57,808 nt of DNA from positions 60,013 to 117,820 of the forward strand of contig DFSS01000043.1 of the NCBI GenBank assembly GCA_002381225.1, given 5' to 3'. This DNA is from Flavobacteriales bacterium UBA3431 (GTDB taxonomy: Bacteria; Bacteroidota; Bacteroidia; Flavobacteriales; Schleiferiaceae). The notes under the pieces were generated by a model that was not told where the DNA came from, did not search any database, and saw nothing but the letters and a program-made list of their open reading frames with translations. Shown in pieces: positions 36,699-45,872 of the stretch (positions are counted from its first letter, which is position 1; every line of letters starts with the position of its first letter). Made by a program: the position numbers and the translations under genes.

Positions 36699-37348
36699 CC
36701 CCGCGACTCCGTGCGCTTCAGGCTAGCCTCCCGCCCCAAGTCACCTTGGTCGCGGTCAGCAAAACCCAGCCTGATGCGGCTATTCTCGAAGCCTATGCGA
36801 CCGGACAACGGGCTTTTGGCGAAAACCGCGTTCAGGATTTGAAAGGCAAGGCCGAACGTCTCCCCGCCGACATAGAATGGCACATGATTGGGCACGTCCA
36901 AACCAATAAGATCAAAGACTTTGCACCCTTCGTTCATTTGGTACATGGAGTAGACCGCCTCAAAGTTTTGCAGGTACTCAATCACGAGGCACAGAAGGTA
37001 GGCCGAGTCATTGATGCCTTGTTGCAAGTTCACATTGCCGAGGAGGAGAGCAAATTTGGCTTCTCACCCGAGGAACTTCAAGTTGCCCTTGCCAGCGACC
37101 TTCCCACCACCTTTCCCCATGTCCGAGTTCGAGGCCTTATGGGCATGGCCACATTTACCGACCAAGCCGATCAGGTCCGGCGAGAATTTGACGGATTGGC
37201 CCGCCTATTCCGCACGAGCCAAACGGCCATGCCGCCGCACTTTGATCAATTAAGTATCGGCATGAGCGGCGATTATCCCCTAGCCATAGAATGTGGCGCC
37301 ACCATCATTCGGGTCGGCACCGCCATTTTCGGGGCCCGTAACTACTGA
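36689..37348 (+). CDS. yggS: YggS-family pyridoxal-phosphate homeostasis protein
   Basis: LVAVSKTQP (PLP lysine), WHMIGHVQTNK, SIGMSGDY, RVGTAIFG; 219 aa. Confidence 0.9.
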   Translation: MEIAPRLRALQASLPPQVTLVAVSKTQPDAAILEAYATGQRAFGENRVQDLKGKAERLPADIEWHMIGHVQTNKIKDFAPFVHLVHGVDRLKVLQVLNHEAQKVGRVIDALLQVHIAEEESKFGFSPEELQVALASDLPTTFPHVRVRGLMGMATFTDQADQVRREFDGLARLFRTSQTAMPPHFDQLSIGMSGDYPLAIECGATIIRVGTAIFGARNY

Positions 37349-37350
37349 GT

Positions 37351-38715
37351 ATGTACGCAGTCATTGATTTAGAAGCCACCGGTGGAAAGCCCAGCGAGGA
37401 ACGCATCATCGAGGTGGCCATCTTCCTCTATGACGGCAAAGACATTGTCGATCAATTTATTTCCCTGATCAACCCAGAATGCCCGATTCCCCCGTTCGTC
37501 CAAAAGTTGACGGGCATCAAGCAGCGCGACGTTCAGGGGGCTCCTCGGTTTCACGAAGTGGCCAAGCGCATCGTCCAAATGACCGAAGGCGCCATCTTCG
37601 TGGCCCACAATGCCCCGTTTGACTACCGCGTCCTTCGCGAGGAATTCGCCCGACTGGGCTACAGCTATGACCGGCCCGTGTTGGACACGATTCCCTTGGC
37701 CCAAAAGTTCATTCCCGACTTGCCCGCCTACGGCCTGGCCACCTTGTGCGAAGAGCTGGGTATCACCAATGCGAAGCGCCATCGAGCGGATGGAGATGCC
37801 CGTGCGACGGTAAAACTCCTCGAAATCCTGCTCGAGAAGGACCGCGAGAAATACATCGAAGGGGTCTACCTCAAACAACCCGCTGCCACCGGCCGCCACC
37901 CGTTCTCGAAGCAAATTGAACCTTTGGTAAAAACCACGGGGGTCTACTACCTCTTTAACGAAGAAGGCGAAGTCATCTACCTGGGAAAAAGCGATCAACT
38001 TCGGGTCCGCATTGATCGGCATTTCTTGTCCACCAATGAGAAAGCCTTGGCGCTTCAAGCCGAAGTTCGTTCCCTCCGGGTCGAAGAAACGGGGAGTTTG
38101 CTATTGGCTGAAATCTTGGAGCACCTCGCCCTAAAAAAATTGCGGCCCAAGTACAATAATCCCAAAGACAAATACAGTCTGCGCATGGGGCTATTCTTGG
38201 TGCCCGGTGATCGGGGGCCGCTTTGGGACATTCGCGGTATCCGCCGGGACCAGCCTGCGCTTCAGGTGGCCGATGCCGTCGCGGGTAGCCGCATGCTCGC
38301 CCGATGGGCGCTTCGAGCGGGTGTTCGGCCTTCCGACTTGGCCCTGCCCAAACATGAAGGCCCCATCGAAAAGGCCCTACGCGCCTTAGACTTTGAGGGA
38401 GAAAGTGTGGAACAGCTCGGGGGTAGCCTGCCCGCCACTTGGACGGAAGCAGAGCTCGCCCAAGTAATCTGGCCACGTGAACGCATGATTCTGCTCGACA
38501 AAGGCCGAAAATCCGGGATGCATACGGTGTTTTTGGTGGAAGGGCATGCCTGCTTAGGGTACACTACGGCCGAATTGGCCTCAGAAACCCAAGACTTGGC
38601 CTTGCTCAAGAAAAAGCTCACCCGCTTTGAGGCCGGTTCAGGGGGAACCTATCTCCAGAGCCTGGTGGCCGAAGCCTATTGGGCGGGGCGACTGAAAGAA
38701 GTGGCCCCACGCTAA
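37351..38715 (+). CDS. DnaQ-like 3'-5' exonuclease fused to a GIY-YIG (UvrC/Cho-like) nuclease domain, plus an uncharacterised C-terminal region
   Basis: Exo motifs VIDLEATGG (I), AHNAPFDYRVL (II) and HRADGDARAT (III). GIY-YIG block GVYYLFNEEGEVIYLGKSDQLRVRIDRHF..LLAEILEHLALKKLRPKYN. The last ~170 aa have no recognised motif. Confidence 0.8.
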   Translation: MYAVIDLEATGGKPSEERIIEVAIFLYDGKDIVDQFISLINPECPIPPFVQKLTGIKQRDVQGAPRFHEVAKRIVQMTEGAIFVAHNAPFDYRVLREEFARLGYSYDRPVLDTIPLAQKFIPDLPAYGLATLCEELGITNAKRHRADGDARATVKLLEILLEKDREKYIEGVYLKQPAATGRHPFSKQIEPLVKTTGVYYLFNEEGEVIYLGKSDQLRVRIDRHFLSTNEKALALQAEVRSLRVEETGSLLLAEILEHLALKKLRPKYNNPKDKYSLRMGLFLVPGDRGPLWDIRGIRRDQPALQVADAVAGSRMLARWALRAGVRPSDLALPKHEGPIEKALRALDFEGESVEQLGGSLPATWTEAELAQVIWPRERMILLDKGRKSGMHTVFLVEGHACLGYTTAELASETQDLALLKKKLTRFEAGSGGTYLQSLVAEAYWAGRLKEVAPR

Positions 38716-38733
38716 GCCCCGGTCACGATTGAC

Positions 38734-39354
38734 TTAAAGTTTAACGCTGAGGCTCGTAATGAGTTGAGAAATGCGGCTATCCGTGGGATAGGCCGTGCCC
38801 CCTATGGACACTTGATCCCCCAAGGGCTGCAAGCTGCCTTCGTACCGCGCAGTAAGCTGGACTGGGCCAAACTTCACCCCAACCCCGATTTGACCGCCCC
38901 AGGATCCCGACGACGGGGTCACCGACTGAACGGCCGAAACTTGGGAAATGGGCGCGGACCAGATGGGAGCGGCTAAGAGCAACAACGGCCCCATTTTCAC
39001 CCCCACTTCCAAGGGAATGTCGAGCCGGCGCAAGGTCCAAGGGACAGTCTGGGCACTCCCGGCGCCATCCGTATAGGTAACCGCTTGATTCAGCTCTGTG
39101 AACCACATCTGGGGCTGGAGATAGACGAGGCCTAACCCCAAGCGGGCGTATAGCCCCAAATGGTAGCCGCCAGTCGCCGTGAAGGACATGGTTTCCAATG
39201 GCTGATTCGGGTCGATCGAAAAGGGATCCACTTCGACCTGGGCAACATGCGCACCACCCGTCACGCCATACGAATAACTCTGAGCAGACAAGGATGTTTG
39301 GGTCAGAACTGTTCCGAAAGCGGCCAGCGCGAGACCTAGAAAACGTTTATCCAT
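38734..39354 (-). CDS. Small outer-membrane beta-barrel (porin-family) protein
   Basis: Signal peptide [26 protein letters not shown] from ATG 39354. About 8 amphipathic beta-strand-like segments. Overlaps the purC stop by 8 nt. Confidence 0.65.
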   Translation of the reverse strand: MDKRFLGLALAAFGTVLTQTSLSAQSYSYGVTGGAHVAQVEVDPFSIDPNQPLETMSFTATGGYHLGLYARLGLGLVYLQPQMWFTELNQAVTYTDGAGSAQTVPWTLRRLDIPLEVGVKMGPLLLLAAPIWSAPISQVSAVQSVTPSSGSWGGQIGVGVKFGPVQLTARYEGSLQPLGDQVSIGGTAYPTDSRISQLITSLSVKL

Positions 39355-40306
39355 GCTTAACGGAAGACAAGAACCGTTCCACATTCGACTGAATGCGTCC
39401 TGGGATGTCGGTCCGATCGGCGGCCACAAAGGGTTTGCCGGTCACCAATTCAAACAGTTCAATGTAGCGCTCCGAAACGGAGGCCGCCCATTCATCCGTG
39501 AGCGTAGGAATGACTTGGCCTTCTTTTCCCTGAAAGCCGTGGGCGATCAAAAACTGCCGAACAAACTCCTTAGAAAGTTGCTTTTGGGGCGCTCCCGCCT
39601 CTTGCCGTTCTGCATAGCCCTCTGCCAAGAAGTAGCGCGAAGAATCAGGGGTATGGATTTCATCGATCAAGACAATTTGGCCCGATGGCAGACGGCCAAA
39701 CTCGTACTTCGTATCCACCAAAATAAGGCCCTGCTTCGCAGCCATCTCTTGCCCTCGGGCAAACAACGCCCGCGTGTAGGCCTCCAACTGCAGGTATTCG
39801 GCCTCCGAGACCACACCTCGAGCCAAGATGTCCTCCCGTGAAATGTCTTCGTCGTGCGCGCCCAAGGCTTCTTTCGTGGTGGGCGTAATCAGCGCCTCGG
39901 GAAAGGGATCGCTTTCACGCAGACCTTCCGGCATCCGAACACCACATAGCATCCGCTCACCCGTAGCATAGGTCCGTGCGGCGTGGCCGCTCAAATAGCC
40001 GCGGATGACCATTTCCACTTTATAGGCCTCCGCGCGATGCCCCACCGTCACGACGGGATCCGGGCTCGCCATGCGCCAATTGGGCACAATGTCCGCAGTC
40101 GCCGTCAGGAAGTGTTCGGCCATTTGATTGAGCACTTGGCCTTTATGGGGGATGCCTTTGGGCAGTACCACATCAAATGCCGAAATTCGGTCCGAAGCCA
40201 CCATGACCAGGAGGTCATTTTCTAAGGTGTAGACATCGCGGACTTTGCCATGGTAAACCGCTTTTTGGCCGGGGAAGGAGAATTCTGAATGCGTCAGTGT
40301 AGACAT
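39347..40306 (-). CDS. purC: Phosphoribosylaminoimidazole-succinocarboxamide synthase (SAICAR synthase)
   Basis: GKVRDVY and [13 protein letters not shown] motifs; long (319 aa) form. Confidence 0.93.
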   Translation of the reverse strand: MSTLTHSEFSFPGQKAVYHGKVRDVYTLENDLLVMVASDRISAFDVVLPKGIPHKGQVLNQMAEHFLTATADIVPNWRMASPDPVVTVGHRAEAYKVEMVIRGYLSGHAARTYATGERMLCGVRMPEGLRESDPFPEALITPTTKEALGAHDEDISREDILARGVVSEAEYLQLEAYTRALFARGQEMAAKQGLILVDTKYEFGRLPSGQIVLIDEIHTPDSSRYFLAEGYAERQEAGAPQKQLSKEFVRQFLIAHGFQGKEGQVIPTLTDEWAASVSERYIELFELVTGKPFVAADRTDIPGRIQSNVERFLSSVKHG

Positions 40307-40314
40307 GGGGCAAT

Positions 40315-41253
40315 TTATTGGCCGTCGTACGCGGCAATGATTTTTCGAACGAGGGGGTGGCGCACCACGTCGCGGCCATCCAACGTGATGTGGGCAATAC
40401 CCTCCACATTCGTGAGGGTTTGCAAGGCATGCGGTAAGCCACTGGCCTGCTTTGTGGGCAAATCAATCTGGGAGGGGTCTCCCGTGACGATAAATTGTGA
40501 AGAGGGTCCCATCCGGGTGAGGAACATTTTCATTTGGCTCGGAGTCGTGTTCTGTGCTTCATCCAAAATCACAAAGGCCCGGTCCAAGGTGCGCCCGCGC
40601 ATGAAGGCCAGGGGAGCGATTTCAATGGTGCCATTCTCGAGAAATTGCGCCAAGCGCTCTGCAGGGATCATGTCCCGCAAGGCATCGTACAAGGGCTGCA
40701 TGTAGGGGTCCAGCTTTTCCTTCATGTCCCCAGGCAGAAACCCAAGGCTTTCGCCCGCTTCCACCGCGGGGCGTGTCAAAACGACGCGGCGCACCGCCTT
40801 GTTTTTGAGCGCACGCACAGCCAAGGCCACAGCGGTGTAGGTTTTTCCCGTTCCAGCGGGGCCCATGGCGAAGACCAAATCATTTTGGTCCACGGCCTCG
40901 ACCATTTTTCGTTGGTTGGCCGTGCGGGCCTTGATCAACAACCCACCCACTCCATTGACGATGACGTCGTTGTGGCTATTCAAATTTTTGAGGATACTCG
41001 GCTTGTCATCCAACACAATGCGTTCCAATTGCGCCTCGGTCAAGACATCAAAGCGTTCAATGTGCCGAAATATGAGGTCGATTTTTTCCTCCAACGCCAG
41101 CACATCGGCCTCAGGCCCTTCCCACTTGATCATCTCCCCGCGGGCGGTGACTTTGAGCTTTGGAAAATAGTCTTTCAGCTGGGTCAATCGCGCATTGTTG
41201 GCCCCAAAGAGAATGCGGGGATCCAAGTTTTCTATTTGGACAATTCTTTCCAT
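40315..41253 (-). CDS. phoH: PhoH-family ATPase
   Basis: Walker [10 protein letters not shown], Walker [10 protein letters not shown], and C-terminal [13 protein letters not shown] 41253 is preferred: the TTG at 41295 used by the track lies inside a perfect promoter box. Confidence 0.9.
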   Translation of the reverse strand: MERIVQIENLDPRILFGANNARLTQLKDYFPKLKVTARGEMIKWEGPEADVLALEEKIDLIFRHIERFDVLTEAQLERIVLDDKPSILKNLNSHNDVIVNGVGGLLIKARTANQRKMVEAVDQNDLVFAMGPAGTGKTYTAVALAVRALKNKAVRRVVLTRPAVEAGESLGFLPGDMKEKLDPYMQPLYDALRDMIPAERLAQFLENGTIEIAPLAFMRGRTLDRAFVILDEAQNTTPSQMKMFLTRMGPSSQFIVTGDPSQIDLPTKQASGLPHALQTLTNVEGIAHITLDGRDVVRHPLVRKIIAAYDGQ

Positions 41254-41277
41254 ACCGGGTAAGTGGGCCGAAGCAAG

Positions 41278-41285
41278 TACTTTTA
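41278..41285 (+). promoter_or_regulatory. Near-consensus -7 box TACTTTTA, 21 nt upstream of the DUF62 gene ATG
   Basis: 7 of 8 positions match. Forms a 7-bp inverted repeat with the phoH box. Confidence 0.35.
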
Positions 41286-41292
41286 AGGTATC

Positions 41293-41300
41293 CAAAAGTA
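41293..41300 (-). promoter_or_regulatory. -7 box TACTTTTG (minus strand), 39 nt upstream of the phoH ATG 41253
   Basis: The plus strand reads CAAAAGTA; perfect TAnnTTTG. Confidence 0.45.
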
Positions 41301-41306
41301 CGATGT

Positions 41307-42113
41307 ATGCCCCTCGTGACCCTCACTTCTGACTATGGCTGGAATGATCCAGATACGGCTGTAGTTCGTGGACGGGTCTATGGCGAAATGCTGCGGTCCC
41401 AAATCGGCGCTCCCCTCGTGGATATCAGCCACGGAATCCCCCCCCGTGACCACCTGGAGGCGGGCTACGTACTTCGCAGTGCCTACCCGCATTTTCCCAA
41501 GGGAAGCGTTCACCTCGTCTTGGTGGACAGTATGGATTTGACGCAGGCGGCCCCCATCGCAATGGAGCTAGACGGCCACTTTTTCCTCGGCCTTAACCAC
41601 GGGGGACTCTCGCTCATTCGCCCGGATTTGAAGCCGCGGCAATGCGTCACCCTCGATCTGAAGAACAGATTGGAGCTCACCGATGTAGAATCCTTGTTAG
41701 CCGCAGCCGCCGCCCATTTGCTTAATCGGGGAGCCTTGAGTGTTCTCGGACCCGCTTTGGCGGAGCCCGCAAGCCTGCACCCACCCCATCCCGAAATCAA
41801 AAATGCGGACACCGCCATCGTGCATGTGCAATACATCGATCACTTTGGACAATTGGTCACGAATGCTAGCCAAGAGTGGCTCAAAGCCTGGCATGGCGAC
41901 AAGGCTTTCGTCGCCGTGGCACGCGGCCGGCGCGTCACGCGGCACGTGAATGCCTCCAACCAAATGCAGGATGCCGGAGAACTCTACACCCGCATCAACC
42001 GATTTGGATTTCTAGAACTCGGGGTCAGCAAGCCCGGTGCGCACGGAGTCAATACAGCCGCCAGCCTGCTTGGCATGGATGTCCGCGACCCCATTGAACT
42101 CCAGCGCAAATGA
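41307..42113 (+). CDS. DUF62 / SAM hydroxide adenosyltransferase-like (chlorinase/fluorinase superfamily) protein, divergent
   Basis: N-terminus MPLVTLTSDYG.., VDISHGIPP and FPKGSVHLVLVD follow the DUF62 pattern (TDFG, VD.TH, P.GTV...V.DPGVG). The usual DPGVG segment reads DSMDL here. Confidence 0.65.
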   Translation: MPLVTLTSDYGWNDPDTAVVRGRVYGEMLRSQIGAPLVDISHGIPPRDHLEAGYVLRSAYPHFPKGSVHLVLVDSMDLTQAAPIAMELDGHFFLGLNHGGLSLIRPDLKPRQCVTLDLKNRLELTDVESLLAAAAAHLLNRGALSVLGPALAEPASLHPPHPEIKNADTAIVHVQYIDHFGQLVTNASQEWLKAWHGDKAFVAVARGRRVTRHVNASNQMQDAGELYTRINRFGFLELGVSKPGAHGVNTAASLLGMDVRDPIELQRK

Positions 42114-42394
42114 TTACACGCCTCGTGCATTTGCACATTTCCTTGGACCGCTGCGCAGATTTTGAAGCCTTCGTCCAGCCCCGGATGGCGCGCATTGAGG
42201 CCCAGCCTGGCTGCCTAGGCGTTCGCCTTTTGCGCGGAGAACCCGGCCATTATTTCACAGTCAGCGAATGGGTTGGGGAAAAGGACCTCGAGGCATACCG
42301 GGATTCATCATTATTTGCCGAAATTTGGCCCACGGTCAAACCCTGGTTCGCAGCCAAAGCTGCGGCCTGGACCACCACCCAAATCCCCTTCTAG
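42110..42394 (+). CDS. ABM (antibiotic biosynthesis monooxygenase-like) domain protein
   Basis: 94-aa ferredoxin-like-fold pattern (..GCLGVRLLRGEPGHYFTVSEWVGEKDLEAYRDS..). ATGA overlap with the upstream gene. Confidence 0.6.
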   Translation: MITRLVHLHISLDRCADFEAFVQPRMARIEAQPGCLGVRLLRGEPGHYFTVSEWVGEKDLEAYRDSSLFAEIWPTVKPWFAAKAAAWTTTQIPF

Positions 42395-42397
42395 CCT

Positions 42398-43129
42398 ATG
42401 TGGGCCTTAGCCAAAAAGGAATTCAATGCATTTTTTCAGTCCTCCACAGGGGTCCTGATTCTCTGCGTCTACTTGGGCTTGAACGGCGCTTTTTTGTGGG
42501 CCATGCAAGGCCCCTTTAACCTCCTAGATAGCGGATATGCGCAGCTCGACGGTCTTTTTATGCTGTCCCCCTGGGTCTTTTTATTTCTGCTCCCGGCCAT
42601 TGGGATGCGGATGCTGGCGGAAGAGCGCCGGACGGGCACATTGGAATGGCTATTGACCAAACCACTCAGCGAAATGCAGGTGGTGGTAGGTAAGTGGCTC
42701 GCGGGCATGATGCTCGTCGTGCTCGCTTTATTGCCTACGGTGGTGTATGCCCTCTCGGTCTACCAACTCGGCAATCCCGTGGGAAACTTGGACCTGGGCA
42801 GCACCTTGGGAAGTTATTTGGGACTGCTGTTTTTGGCCAGTGCCTACCTCAGCCTAAGCCTTTTCACCAGTGCGATCACGGACAATCCCATCGTCGCGTT
42901 TGTCCTGGGCATGTTGCTGAGCTTGATCTTCTATGCGGGGTTCGACCAACTCGCGTCCTTGGATGCCTTGAAATCCCAAAGTTTACTCGTGCTCAACCTG
43001 GGTATCAGCGAACACTACACCTCAATTAGTCGCGGGGTAGTGGATAGCCGCGATGTCGTCTATTTCGTAGGCTTGACATGTGTTTCATTGGCCGCTGCGC
43101 GCACGGCCCTTCAAAGCCGGAACTGGTGA
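42398..43129 (+). CDS. gldF: Gliding-motility ABC transporter permease GldF (ABC-2 type)
   Basis: 243 aa with 6 TM segments. The N-terminus MWALAKKEFNAFFQSSTG and the following gldG-type gene match the gldF-gldG pair of Flavobacteriia. Confidence 0.8.
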   Translation: MWALAKKEFNAFFQSSTGVLILCVYLGLNGAFLWAMQGPFNLLDSGYAQLDGLFMLSPWVFLFLLPAIGMRMLAEERRTGTLEWLLTKPLSEMQVVVGKWLAGMMLVVLALLPTVVYALSVYQLGNPVGNLDLGSTLGSYLGLLFLASAYLSLSLFTSAITDNPIVAFVLGMLLSLIFYAGFDQLASLDALKSQSLLVLNLGISEHYTSISRGVVDSRDVVYFVGLTCVSLAAARTALQSRNW

Positions 43130-44847
43130 ATACGCGCCGTAAAGATCTTCTAACATGGCTCGGGGTGACGGGCATCGCCATCGCGGCCATCGCGGTGAGC
43201 CAGTTTGCCTTCTTTCGCTTGGACCTCACCGAGGATCAACGGTTTAGCCTCAATGAAAATACGCTAGAACTCATTGACCGGGTGGAGGACCCGCTCCTCA
43301 TCACTTTGTACTTGGATGGGGACTTCCCCTCTGGTTTTCAGCGTCTGCGGGAGGAGACCCGCCGCATGTTGGATGAATTCCGTGCGCGAAACGGCAACAT
43401 TCAATACGTCTTCATTAATCCTTCCGAAAATCCCGACCCCCAAGCGCGGCGTGACACCTACCAGCAGTTGCGCAACGCTGGACTCAATGCCATCCAAATT
43501 GAGGTACAGGAAGCGGATGGGGTCAAACAACAACAGATTTTCCCCGGAGCCGTCGCGACCTACCGCGACAAAGAATGGAGCATCTCCCTTCTGTTGGAGC
43601 AATTTGCCACCGCACCGGAAGCCCAGATCAATGCCTCCATCCAAAATTTGGAATACACCTTGGCCAGTGCGCTCAAAGGGCTTACTAGTACCCACCGACC
43701 CAGCATTGCCATTCTAGAGGGCCATGGTGAACTTTCTCCCATCGAAACAGCGAGTTGGGAAGCCTCAGTGGCCAAAGCCTACGATGTGGAGCGCTTCAAC
43801 CTGCGCGAATTCCCCCTAGACAGCACCACCGGGCAAGCCGACCTCAGTCTCCAGGTGCGTCGCCTCAATAGCTATGACCTCCTCATTCTGGCCAAACCGC
43901 GCGCTTCCTTCTCCGACCTAGATCGTTGGTTGATTGATCAGTATCTAATGAACAATGGCCGGGGCATTTTCATGATCGATGCCGTGTACGCCGAAATGGA
44001 TTCCTTGAGCTATGCGCCCGAATTCTTGGCCTACCCCATTCTTGATGCCATTGGCCTGGGGGACCAACTCTTCGCATACGGCACGCGAATCAATACCTCT
44101 TTGATCCAAGACATGGTTTGTGCCGGAGTCAACGATCGGCGCTCCGTCCGTCCCTGGGTGTACTTCCCCCTCTTTTTACCGCAGACCGATCATCCGATTG
44201 CCCGAAATCTCAACGCCGTGCGCATGGAATTTGCCACCTCCATGGATACCGTTCGCGCACCCGGCGTGGTCAAAACTCCCCTGCTTCTGACCTCGCCCTA
44301 CACGCGTCGACAGCCCACCCCGGGCAGTGTTGGCCTAGCTACCTTGTATACGGACCCCAACCAGGCACTCTTCCAAGAAGGCCATTTGGCCGCGGGAATT
44401 TTATTGGAAGGTGCCCTTCCCTCCTACTACGCCAACCGCATTTCGCCCAAAACCAACGTGGCACCGCCCAAATCCGCCGCCACCGACGCCAAACTATTGG
44501 TCCTTTCGGATGGCGACTTCATGAAGAACCAGCGCAACGTAGTTCGGGCCGATCTTCCCCGCGGGGCGCCCCTTCCCCTGGGCTTTGATCAGTTCACGGG
44601 CCAACAGTTTGGCAACGCCGACTTTCTGCTCAATGCTGTGGACTATATGCTGGATGGGTCCGGCCTCATCGCGGTGCGAGGACGGGATGTCACCCTGCGC
44701 CTATTGGATAGTCCACGTGCCAACGCCCACCGATGGGCCTGGCAGGCTGGGAACGCACTCGGGCCGCTCGCCCTCGTGGTACTCCTAGGGCTCCTTTACC
44801 GCGGCCTGCGCCGCCGTCTTTACGCTCACAACTCTCAAACGTCATGA
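43126..44847 (+). CDS. gldG: Gliding-associated ABC transporter accessory protein GldG
   Basis: N- and C-terminal TM anchors flank a large external domain (RLDLTEDQRFSL.. near the N-terminus), as in GldG/ABC_transp_aux proteins. GTG 43126 (GTGA overlap with the gldF stop) is preferred. ATG 43078 is an alternative that would overlap gldF by 52 nt. Confidence 0.78.
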   Translation: MNTRRKDLLTWLGVTGIAIAAIAVSQFAFFRLDLTEDQRFSLNENTLELIDRVEDPLLITLYLDGDFPSGFQRLREETRRMLDEFRARNGNIQYVFINPSENPDPQARRDTYQQLRNAGLNAIQIEVQEADGVKQQQIFPGAVATYRDKEWSISLLLEQFATAPEAQINASIQNLEYTLASALKGLTSTHRPSIAILEGHGELSPIETASWEASVAKAYDVERFNLREFPLDSTTGQADLSLQVRRLNSYDLLILAKPRASFSDLDRWLIDQYLMNNGRGIFMIDAVYAEMDSLSYAPEFLAYPILDAIGLGDQLFAYGTRINTSLIQDMVCAGVNDRRSVRPWVYFPLFLPQTDHPIARNLNAVRMEFATSMDTVRAPGVVKTPLLLTSPYTRRQPTPGSVGLATLYTDPNQALFQEGHLAAGILLEGALPSYYANRISPKTNVAPPKSAATDAKLLVLSDGDFMKNQRNVVRADLPRGAPLPLGFDQFTGQQFGNADFLLNAVDYMLDGSGLIAVRGRDVTLRLLDSPRANAHRWAWQAGNALGPLALVVLLGLLYRGLRRRLYAHNSQTS

Positions 44848-45860
44848 AAATTCGTTGGTCCTATGTCCTCGCCGGAGGTGTTCTTGTCACGTTAGCTGGA
44901 TTGCTGGTCCGGGAAGTCGTGGCCAACCATGGAGTGGATGAAGGCCTGTATGATTTTGCCGTTTCGGATACGGCAGCTGTAACCCGCATTGTGATTTGGG
45001 ACAAGAGTCCCGACACCGCCACCCTTGAACGCAAGGGAGTCCAGTGGATGGTCAATGGACAATACATTGCGCGGCACGACGCGATTGAGGTCATTCTCGA
45101 GACCCTCTACCGCGTTCGCCTTCGGAATTTCCCGCAAGCCGCCGCCCAGCAAACGATTCTCAGTGCGATGGCCACCTATGGTAAACGGGTAGAAGTGTAC
45201 CAAGGGGATGCCCTGGTCAAGTCCTTCATCGTCGGCACCGAAACCCCCGACATGCTCGGGACCTACATGCTGATGGATGGGTACGACACTCCCGTTGCCA
45301 CGTATTTGCCTGGATTTAATGGCTACCTATCGAGCCGATTCTTCCTGCGTGAAGACCTGTGGCGCACACGCGAACTTTGGCCTAATCCGACGGAAATGAG
45401 CGCCATCACCCTGGTTTATCCCGACTCGACATTTTTGGAAGTCCAACGAAATGGCGCCCAATTTCGGCTTGTGGGAGGCAGCGGATCGGGCATGACCGCG
45501 GACCCGATGGCCAGCCAAGCCCTCTACAAAGCCGTTCAGCAGGCGCAGTACGAAGGGATGATTATCCCCTCGGACCTCGTCTGGAGGAAGAAAGACTCCA
45601 TCGCCGCTACCCAACCTGTTGCGATTGTCACGGTACACTATGCCGATGGGGAAAATGCCGAAATGCGCTTATTCCATGTGCCCGGTGGCCCGGATATTCT
45701 CGATGAAAATGGCCAGCCAGAACAGTGGGATCCGGATCGATTTTATGCCCTGATGAGCGACGGACGCTTCGTGCTTGCTCAGCGCTATGGTCTTCAACAT
45801 GTGTTGAAAAGTTTTCGCGCTTTTTTGCCAAAAGGCGACCCCACGCAAATGCAGGACTAA
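44844..45860 (+). CDS. DUF4340-like protein (single N-terminal TM anchor)
   Basis: MKIRWSYVLAGGVLVTLAGLLV anchor followed by a soluble domain. ATGA overlap with the gldG stop. DUF4340 genes typically follow GldG-type genes. Confidence 0.6.
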   Translation: MKIRWSYVLAGGVLVTLAGLLVREVVANHGVDEGLYDFAVSDTAAVTRIVIWDKSPDTATLERKGVQWMVNGQYIARHDAIEVILETLYRVRLRNFPQAAAQQTILSAMATYGKRVEVYQGDALVKSFIVGTETPDMLGTYMLMDGYDTPVATYLPGFNGYLSSRFFLREDLWRTRELWPNPTEMSAITLVYPDSTFLEVQRNGAQFRLVGGSGSGMTADPMASQALYKAVQQAQYEGMIIPSDLVWRKKDSIAATQPVAIVTVHYADGENAEMRLFHVPGGPDILDENGQPEQWDPDRFYALMSDGRFVLAQRYGLQHVLKSFRAFLPKGDPTQMQD

Positions 45861-45872
45861 TTACTTTGCAGT

